From IMG/VR virus record IMGVR_UViG_3300047620_000017: a stretch of DNA of 19,578 bases, one strand, 5' to 3'. The notes under the pieces are model-generated. The model was not told where the DNA came from, did not search any database, and saw nothing but the letters and a program-made list of their open reading frames with translations. Every line of letters begins with the position of its first letter. Positions within the stretch are counted from its first letter, which is position 1. A program made the translations under genes and the position numbers. This DNA comes from a virus. Below are positions 1 through 5,957 of this stretch, piece after piece.

Positions 1-2
1 TG

Positions 3-185
3 ACGCTGATCGCGTGGGCGTGCGGGGTTGACGCTCATTGGCTGAGGACGGGAAAGGCCCCGTCACCAGATGATGACGGGGCCGGTGGGCTCCCGCGGCT
101 GGACTTGAACCAGCAACCGTTCGATTATGCGGATGCCCAGGTCACAGCCAGATCGAGGCTATCACTCGCACGCACGGCGGCATAA
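3..185 (+). CDS. 3' portion of the XRE repressor-like gene (continuation of 19271..19578 when the two repeat copies are merged); ends ...SLARTAA*
   Basis: Same frame as 19271..19578 under the 19451 offset. It reads ...TLIAWACGVDAHWLRTGKAPSPDDDGAGGLPRLDLNQQPFD YADAQVTARSRLSLARTAA, with TAA at 183-185, 8 nt before the int ATG. Confidence 0.6.
   Translation, partial: TLIAWACGVDAHWLRTGKAPSPDDDGAGGLPRLDLNQQPFDYADAQVTARSRLSLARTAA
53..83 (-). terminator. Hairpin (10-bp perfect stem GGCCCCGTCA/TGACGGGGCC, 8-nt loop) followed by TTT on the minus strand, just 3' of the tRNA-like segment; second copy at 19504..19534
   Basis: Stem arms 56-65 and 74-83 are exact reverse complements. On the minus strand TTTCC follows the hairpin. 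The U-tract is short, so this is a weak terminator call. Confidence 0.35.
90..127 (-). other. tRNA 3'-half-like segment (candidate att core), copy 1
   Basis: Minus strand reads T-AA / TCGAA / CGGTT / GCTGG-TTCAAGT-CCAGC / CGCGGGA / G. These are the anticodon-loop 3' side, anticodon-stem 3' strand, variable loop, T-arm with a TTCAAGT loop, 7-nt acceptor 3' strand and discriminator. No complementary 5' acceptor strand (TCCCGCG) or anticodon-stem 5' strand occurs in 128-170, so this is a fragment, not a gene. Confidence 0.6.
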
Positions 186-192
186 TTCCTCC

Positions 193-984
193 ATGAGTGC
201 TGATAACTGGACAGTGGCAGAGCGGGCCTATGTAGTGGCCCTGAGGGCAGGCGGACGGTCTGACGGCACGATCCGCCTCCATCGGCATTACCTGGACCAG
301 GCACGGCGGGTCATTGCGGACCCGTACCGCGCGAGCACAGGTGACCTACTGGAGGTCCTCGGGCGGCCAGGATGGGCCGCTGAGACAAGGAAGTCATGCC
401 GGAGCGTGCTCGCGTCGTTCTATCGGTGGGCGCACGGATCGGGACACATGGGCGCCGACCCGGCTGTAGGACTCCCCACGGTGCGCGTCCCGGCGGGACG
501 GCCCCGCCCGACACCCGAGACGGTGTATGCACGCGCGCTCGCGCTCGCGGATACCCGGGGACGGCTCATGCTGAGACTCGCGGCCCTGGTAGGTCTACGG
601 GCGTGCGAGATCGCCACCGTGCACACAGGGAACTTGGTCGAGGACCTGCTACGGGTCACCGGCAAGGGCGGCAAGGTCCGCGTAGTCCCGGTCCTGGACC
701 CTGAACTCACATCTGCGATCCGAAAGGCGGGCGGGTGGCTGTTCCCGGGCCGGATCGACGGTCACCTCTCGGCCGGATACGTCTCCCGACTGCTCGGAGA
801 GATGCTCCCGGACGGGTGGACCGGGCACACACTCCGACACCGGTTCGGGACACGGGCCTATGCGGGCACTCGTGACCTGCTGGCGGTGGGCGAGCTGATG
901 GGGCACACCCGTCCGGAGACCACCCGCCGGTACGTCGAGTTGCCGGGCGATGCCCTGCGCCTCGCGGCCGCTGCGGCCGCCTAA
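193..984 (+). CDS. int: Tyrosine recombinase / phage integrase (short XerC/D-like, 263 aa)
   Basis: Catalytic signature is visible: LVGLRACE (Arg), GKGGKVRVVP (Lys), HTLRHRF (H-x-x-R), GHTRPETTRRY (His...Tyr). Start set at ATG 193 (MSADNW...); the 127-192 extension in the ORF track translates as unconvincing sequence. C-terminus is ...ALRLAAAAAA. Confidence 0.9.
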   Translation: MSADNWTVAERAYVVALRAGGRSDGTIRLHRHYLDQARRVIADPYRASTGDLLEVLGRPGWAAETRKSCRSVLASFYRWAHGSGHMGADPAVGLPTVRVPAGRPRPTPETVYARALALADTRGRLMLRLAALVGLRACEIATVHTGNLVEDLLRVTGKGGKVRVVPVLDPELTSAIRKAGGWLFPGRIDGHLSAGYVSRLLGEMLPDGWTGHTLRHRFGTRAYAGTRDLLAVGELMGHTRPETTRRYVELPGDALRLAAAAAA

Positions 985-1184
985 GGGTGCTTTGCCTGCT
1001 CGGCTGCTCGGTCCAGAGCACGGGCCAGGACTGGCATAGCGTCCCGGACGATCTGCTGTGCTTCACGGTGAGCAGCCGGATATCGGCCGGCCTCGGTCCA
1101 CGCACGCACAACGGCGTCATCCGGGGCCACACGGTCGTAGACCCGTAGGCCAGCGTCAGTTACGGGCGTGCGTGGTGTCCTCAT
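981..1184 (-). CDS. Hypothetical protein, 67 aa (last gene of the minus-strand array)
   Basis: Internal ATG of ORF 981..1295, 10 nt after the upstream stop. Translation is protein-like (MRTPRTPVTDAGLRVYDRV...ARALDRAAEQAKHP). No SD and no recognised motif. Confidence 0.4.
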   Translation of the reverse strand: MRTPRTPVTDAGLRVYDRVAPDDAVVRAWTEAGRYPAAHREAQQIVRDAMPVLARALDRAAEQAKHP

Positions 1185-1194
1185 GGAGGCAATG

Positions 1195-1461
1195 CTACGT
1201 CCCGGTGTTGACGTTCGCATCGGCCAGGGGCAAGCCGACCAGGGCAGCCGCCAGCGCTCCCCAGAGTGCAGCCGCCGAGTCCTCCACCAGGCCATAGGCG
1301 GCGCACAGTGCGATCACGGCAAGTGCGACCCGGTAGACCCAGCGCCGTGCGGCCGGGGACGTGATGATCCGTCCGGCGCGCTCGATCGGATCGGCAGTCT
1401 CCGCACGGTGTGTGGGCTCGTCGTCGGTATCCGCCCGGTGTGCGGGCTGGTCGTCAGTCAT
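1195..1461 (-). CDS. Small membrane protein with two predicted TM helices (holin-like), 88 aa
   Basis: ATGA start/stop overlap with the upstream gene. Hydrophobic stretches WVYRVALAVIALCAAYGLV and AAALWGALAAALVGLPLA. Located in the lysis cassette. Confidence 0.65.
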   Translation of the reverse strand: MTDDQPAHRADTDDEPTHRAETADPIERAGRIITSPAARRWVYRVALAVIALCAAYGLVEDSAAALWGALAAALVGLPLADANVNTGT

Positions 1462-1826
1462 GGTGAGTCCCTTTCTGCTGGTGGTGATTCGAGTGAGCGG
1501 ATGCGCACGCGGAGGTCTTCGAGCTGCTGCGCGCCGTCCTGCTCGTGGGCGCGTAGGTCGCCACGGAGGTAGCGGATGTCCCGGCCCTGCTCCGAGACCA
1601 TGGCCTCGATCCGGGAAATACTGTCCTTCATGGATCCACCCGAGTTGTGCTGTACCTCGTGGGCAACGGTGGCCGCGTCCGCGCGAATCTTGCGCCACTC
1701 GGGACGTATTTTCACGACCACGGCGAGGACGGCACCCACGGTCACGCCGACGGCGGAGACCATGGCGACGGCGATCACGGCGAGTCCTCCGATGAGGGCC
1801 GCTACCTCGTCGGGCGTGTGCGGCAT
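1458..1826 (-). CDS. Membrane protein, N-terminal TM helix plus coiled-coil C-terminus (holin-like), 122 aa
   Basis: TGATG overlap with the endolysin stop. TM segment VAALIGGLAVIAVAMVSAVGVTVGAVLAVVV is followed by a charged helical region. It is the C-terminal part of the artefactual 486-aa ORF 1458..2918. Confidence 0.7.
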   Translation of the reverse strand: MPHTPDEVAALIGGLAVIAVAMVSAVGVTVGAVLAVVVKIRPEWRKIRADAATVAHEVQHNSGGSMKDSISRIEAMVSEQGRDIRYLRGDLRAHEQDGAQQLEDLRVRIRSLESPPAERDSP

Positions 1827-2716
1827 CAGCGAACCGGTTCCTCCCACGCGGCGCGCCACGTGTCGGGGCCGATCTTCCCGTCCACCTTCAGGCTGGCGAT
1901 CTTCTGGAGGTTCCGTGCCGCCTTCTCGGTGACGGGGCCGTAGCGTCCATCGGCAGCGATCGAGTACCCGCGCCTCTGCATCCGCCGCTGCCACCTGGCG
2001 AGGCCCTTGGAGTGCCAGCGGCCGCTCTTGTCCTGGTAGACGTCGCTCCCTGCGTGCGAGTTGGACGCACGGCCACTCACGGACTGGACCGGTCCGCCAA
2101 CGGGGCCGTAGTAGCACAGGTCCCCAGACTTGCGCGGGAGCGGGAATGCCGGCGCCTTGGTCGTGGGGACGGGCTTGGACGGCTTGGACGAGCCGCCGGG
2201 CCCGCGGTAGTGGAACCGGCCGGCACGCAGGAGGTTCATGACCGGCGTGCCGGGGCAGTCCGTGGACGCGTCCGGGGACTGCTGGTGACCACGCACATAG
2301 GTAGCGGTGCTGTACCGGTCCTTGAGAGCTGCGAGGACCCGGAGCACGCCGTCGATCATGGCCTGCGTGGGCACCTCCTTGTCTCCCACGAGCAGCAGGA
2401 TCGCGGCCGCCTCGTTGTTGGAGCTGCTGCCCCCGTTCGCCCCGGACTCGTGGAACAGACCGCGGAGCTCCCAGATTCGCCCGCGCCCGTCCACGGCGAC
2501 GTTGTAGGCGACATCGAGCCACCCACGCTGGTTGACGTGCATGTCCCGATATCCGCGGAGTCGGGCCGCGATCTGGGCATCGGACTCGCCCTGCAACTTG
2601 ACGTTGCCGGATCCGGGGTAATGCAGGTAAGCACCGCGCACGGTGTGGTCGAACGCGTGCGAGCGGGTCGTGGTGGTGGTCCACGCGGAGCGCAGGTGGT
2701 CGTAGATGCTGGACAT
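1826..2716 (-). CDS. Endolysin: N-acetylmuramoyl-L-alanine amidase (Amidase_2/PGRP-like) with C-terminal peptidoglycan-binding domain, 296 aa
   Basis: Amidase_2-like features: LHYPGSG, WLDVAYNVAVDGRGRIWELRG, HQQSPDASTDCPG. C-terminal PG_binding_1-like repeat: GRYGPVTEKAARNLQKIASLKVDGKIGPDTWRAAW. AAAGGA SD lies upstream of the ATG. Confidence 0.9.
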   Translation of the reverse strand: MSSIYDHLRSAWTTTTTRSHAFDHTVRGAYLHYPGSGNVKLQGESDAQIAARLRGYRDMHVNQRGWLDVAYNVAVDGRGRIWELRGLFHESGANGGSSSNNEAAAILLLVGDKEVPTQAMIDGVLRVLAALKDRYSTATYVRGHQQSPDASTDCPGTPVMNLLRAGRFHYRGPGGSSKPSKPVPTTKAPAFPLPRKSGDLCYYGPVGGPVQSVSGRASNSHAGSDVYQDKSGRWHSKGLARWQRRMQRRGYSIAADGRYGPVTEKAARNLQKIASLKVDGKIGPDTWRAAWEEPVR

Positions 2717-2727
2717 GGTGGGTCCTT

Positions 2728-2918
2728 TCAGTTGGTGGCCTGTGGCACGGTGAGCGCGTCGATGAGTTTGTCCTCGTCCCCGCCACCAGCCCGGAACGTC
2801 TTCGCCAGTTGTTCGATCTGGTCGGGGATCTGGGCGAGGTCGCGCGGCGTTCCAGTTCGGTGAGGACGTCCCGTCGATGCTGTGCGAGTTCGTCGTCAGA
2901 GAGAGATTTCAGGTCCAT
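2728..2918 (-). CDS. Small coiled-coil protein whose reading frame is interrupted (needs a -1 shift near 2841-2849); about 63 aa if joined
   Basis: ATG 2918 with AAAGGA SD gives MDLKSLSDDELAQHRRDVLTELERR. The convincing continuation, RDLAQIPDQIEQLAKTFRAGGGDEDKLIDALTVPQATN*, is in the -1 frame, has high GC3, and stops at 2728-2730 just before the endolysin SD. That frame has no start codon of its own. Confidence 0.5.
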
Positions 2919-2931
2919 TTCTCGGTTCCTT

Positions 2932-4707
2932 TCAGGCCGGGGTGCCGGGCAGCGTGGTCGGCCACGCCTGCTGTGTGGTCCAGGTCATGCGGCAGGTCAT
3001 GGCGGCGCCGGCCTCCATCGCGTAGCCGAGCAGCGTCCCCGTGTTGGACGCGTTGATCGTTTCGCCGAGGTTCGCGCGCGTCGTGTTGGGTCGGAACCAC
3101 GGGGCGCGCTCGACATGGAACGGACGGAACCCGGCTGGGATCCCGAACAAGGTCCCAGTGCCGGTGAGGGGCACCACGAGGTCCACGAGTTGCAGCGTCA
3201 CCTCATCCCCCCGGCGCGAGAGGATCACCTGCCCGGACGTGTACCTGTCGGCTGGGATCAGCGAGGTGATGTCCCGGTATCCGGTGTCGTAGTTCGCCGC
3301 CTCGGTCACGATCGAGGCCGGCACGGCAGCAGCGAGCCGGGCGTGCCCGGCAGTGGTGACGTGCGTGCCGTCCGAGTCGATCGCGGGATCGAGGGTGCCG
3401 TCCGCGAGGGACACGGCGCCGGCGAGGTCGATCACTCCATCGAACAGGCCGGATCCGGGCATCCACGCGTTCACAGAGGTGCGTACGTTGTCGTTGTCTG
3501 GTTTCGGGCTGCGCGGCGTGATCGTCGTGCCGTACAGGGTGCCGCCGATCCTCCGGCGTAGTTCGGCCACGGTCGAGGTGACCCGTTCCCGGAGTTCGGC
3601 CGCGGTGATGTTCCCTGCCCAGTCGTTCGACCCCATCGCGTACAGGACCACGTTCGGCGCGTTGATGCTCGACCCGTACAGCTCCCACTTCCGGTTCGCG
3701 GTCTCGGTCCACGACGAAGCGGAGTCCCCGGAGTGTGCCCAGTACGCCGGCACGGCACCGTTCGCGCGTGCCCACTGCCCGAGCCACGAGTCAATGACGG
3801 GACGGGTCGCGCCGACGCCAGCCGCGGTGGACGACCCGTAGGCGGCCACGACGGGCGTTGTGTTGGGGACCTCGACTTCAAGCCATGTCCACAGCTCGGG
3901 ATTGTTCGTGCGGGTCCCGTCGGACCACGCCGTGCCCATCGTCCGGGTCACGTCAGAGCCGGTCCACGTGTACTGCACGACTACCTCGGCGCCACGGAGC
4001 GCGAGCGGCACCGTGAGCCATCCCGACGTGTACGCCGTCGCACCGGACGGGAGAGTGACCCAGTCGGTGCCGTTGCCGTTGGTGGTGTGCCGGCCGATCC
4101 GCACGTTCGCAAGCGTTGCCGTGTCCCGGTCCGCGTTGATATATCGGGGGTTCCAGTTGCGGATATGCACCTGCAACCGAGTCACCGATGCCGGGAGGTA
4201 CTGAATAACCGAGATGGTGCCCGTTCCGCTGGTCGTGGCACCTCCGTAGCCGGTGGTCATGGCGAGCGGCGCGATCGTCATGCCGGCGGGGCCGGCGGTC
4301 TTGAGTTGTTGCACGGGGGCCCGTGTCCCGCCGATCTGTGTCCATCCGGACCATCCGCCGGACAAGCGAGCGTTGATCCAGAGGGTCGGCTTGAGGGAGC
4401 GGGATGCTGCCAGGGCCAGACCGCCGGAGGTTCCCCACCGGGACATGATCATCGTGCCCTGCGCGGTGAACGGCATGCCGAGGGCCTCGGCAGCGTCTCC
4501 GGACCACCACGTGTAAATGTTCGTGGGGAGGTTGTCGAAAACTGCGGAGGTGCCGAGGGGAACGGCGGTTTGGTCGAAACGGGCGTCTTCGATCCGTTCC
4601 CAGAGGACGCGGGCGTTCGCGCTGATCGCGTCGTCCCCGTCTTTGATGTAGTCCCCACCGATCGGGAGGTGGATCCCTGCGGCTTTCATTTCGGTATCGG
4701 TTGCCAT
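2932..4707 (-). CDS. Minor tail / receptor-binding protein with internal SGNH(GDSL-like) esterase module, 591 aa
   Basis: Start at internal ATG 4707 (MATDTEMKAAGIHLPIGGDYIKDGDDAISANARVLWERIE) with AAAGGA SD. SGNH blocks lie at about 3319-3855: VVAAYGSSTAAG, MGSNDW, DSDGTHVT. Position is downstream of the tape measure and first minor tail gene. Confidence 0.8.
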   Translation of the reverse strand: MATDTEMKAAGIHLPIGGDYIKDGDDAISANARVLWERIEDARFDQTAVPLGTSAVFDNLPTNIYTWWSGDAAEALGMPFTAQGTMIMSRWGTSGGLALAASRSLKPTLWINARLSGGWSGWTQIGGTRAPVQQLKTAGPAGMTIAPLAMTTGYGGATTSGTGTISVIQYLPASVTRLQVHIRNWNPRYINADRDTATLANVRIGRHTTNGNGTDWVTLPSGATAYTSGWLTVPLALRGAEVVVQYTWTGSDVTRTMGTAWSDGTRTNNPELWTWLEVEVPNTTPVVAAYGSSTAAGVGATRPVIDSWLGQWARANGAVPAYWAHSGDSASSWTETANRKWELYGSSINAPNVVLYAMGSNDWAGNITAAELRERVTSTVAELRRRIGGTLYGTTITPRSPKPDNDNVRTSVNAWMPGSGLFDGVIDLAGAVSLADGTLDPAIDSDGTHVTTAGHARLAAAVPASIVTEAANYDTGYRDITSLIPADRYTSGQVILSRRGDEVTLQLVDLVVPLTGTGTLFGIPAGFRPFHVERAPWFRPNTTRANLGETINASNTGTLLGYAMEAGAAMTCRMTWTTQQAWPTTLPGTPA

Positions 4708-4718
4708 TGGTGGTCCTT

Positions 4719-5957
4719 TCAGGCAGCGTTCCAGGTGCGGGACTCGGCGGACCACGCATAGGTGGCCGAGTCCCAAACACGGGCGGGGACGGTGGGCGAG
4801 ATGGATCCCACGACGTGATACGACGGAGCGAGCTCAAGGTTGAGGGTCCAGCCGGCGCCGGTGATGGTCTCGGTGATTCCCACGGCAAAGTGGATGCCTT
4901 GGAGTTGGTGGTGCCAGTCGCCGGACAGGTAGATCGGGGAGCCGGCCTCGAGGACGAGCAGGCGCGCGGCCTGGTCCCTGTCGTACTTCCGATCCGATGT
5001 GATCAGGTGCAGTAGGTCGATTTCCACGCTCGGCAGGTCGTATGCTGTTTCCCATTCCAGGGCCCGGAGGCGCGCGCCCTCGGCGCGTACCTGGTCTTCG
5101 TTGTTGAACCGGGCGTGCGTGAGGTCGTGGTCCACCACGACTGCTGTCGGATCGTCCACCTGTCCCCACGTCGCCGAGTTCGTCCCGTTCCCGCTGCCCC
5201 ATGTGAGCCGCTGGTTACGGGGGATGCCCTCGGCGGATTGCTGCCACTTGGCGGGGGCGAGGGCTTGCGATCGGATCACGGGTAGGGACGTGTCGAGGCC
5301 GTCCTGCGCGTCCTCCCAGCGTTGCGCGTGCGTGAGGATCTGCCGGCCGCCGGCGCGGGTCTCCCGCACCGTGAAGCCGAGGGCGCTGGTCCACTTCCCG
5401 ATATCGCTGTAGGACTGCGGATCCTGCACCTTGTGGACGGTGCCGTACTGGTCCGGGGTCCCCATGCGTGTCGGGTCACCGAGGCGAGGGAGCGCGTTGG
5501 ACGTGAGCAGCTCGGCGATCACGAGCGCGATGTTGGATCCCACCGGCGGAGTGACCGTCTTACGGACCCGGGCCAGCTGTGCCGTCCACGAGGCTGCGAG
5601 TAGCGTCGTGGTCTGCCTGGTCCCTCGATCGTCCACGGTCTGCCGGCCGATCCTCCCGGAGAACCGCGGTTGCACGGTCGCGGGATTCACGCCTACGAGG
5701 TCGGCCATGAGCTGCGCACCGGACGTGGTGAGGTTGACCTCACAATGGTTCCCGGCCTGCACGGCAGCGAACCCGGAGACACCGACCTCAAGCGTGGACG
5801 GGGCGACGCCGCCGGCCGGGGATCCGTCCCCGCGCTTGATCGTGATACCGGTGATCCCACCGTCACGGAGGTCGGTCCCCTGCTCGGTAGTGAACCGGAA
5901 CAGGGGTTGTGCAGGGTCGAGCTTGCGGTAGAGGCGTCCCGGGGTCCGACGTGCCAT
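4719..5957 (-). CDS. Minor tail protein (distal-tail-protein position), 412 aa
   Basis: TAATG overlap with the tape-measure stop. It directly follows the tape measure, as Dit-type proteins do. No catalytic motif recognised. Confidence 0.75.
   Translation of the reverse strand: MARRTPGRLYRKLDPAQPLFRFTTEQGTDLRDGGITGITIKRGDGSPAGGVAPSTLEVGVSGFAAVQAGNHCEVNLTTSGAQLMADLVGVNPATVQPRFSGRIGRQTVDDRGTRQTTTLLAASWTAQLARVRKTVTPPVGSNIALVIAELLTSNALPRLGDPTRMGTPDQYGTVHKVQDPQSYSDIGKWTSALGFTVRETRAGGRQILTHAQRWEDAQDGLDTSLPVIRSQALAPAKWQQSAEGIPRNQRLTWGSGNGTNSATWGQVDDPTAVVVDHDLTHARFNNEDQVRAEGARLRALEWETAYDLPSVEIDLLHLITSDRKYDRDQAARLLVLEAGSPIYLSGDWHHQLQGIHFAVGITETITGAGWTLNLELAPSYHVVGSISPTVPARVWDSATYAWSAESRTWNAA

Larger units (their letters stand above)
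1..127. repeat. Terminal direct repeat, copy 1 (attL candidate or circular-assembly overlap)
   Basis: 1-127 is base-for-base identical to 19452-19578 (offset 19451), compared along the full length. Confidence 0.97.

Noticed and set aside
90-170. A complete tRNA gene on the minus strand at the left end
   Set aside because: Only the 3' half folds (T-arm, acceptor 3' strand). Position 33 would be G instead of U, and no anticodon-stem 5' strand, D-arm or acceptor 5' strand (TCCCGCG) is present in 128-170. A full gene could exist beyond 19578 but cannot be seen.
127-192. Integrase start at ATG 127 or 133, as in the ORF track
   Set aside because: The extra 22 residues (MRMPRSQPDRGYHSHARRHNSS) look non-coding. 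They overlap the repressor-like ORF and the tRNA-like core. ATG 193 follows the repressor stop by 8 nt. The true start remains unverified.
1458-2918. 486-aa minus-strand ORF as a single gene
   Set aside because: Only its first ~25 codons (the small gene start) and last 122 codons (the membrane protein) look coding. The middle is an out-of-frame read-through of the endolysin gene, which has clear amidase motifs in another frame.
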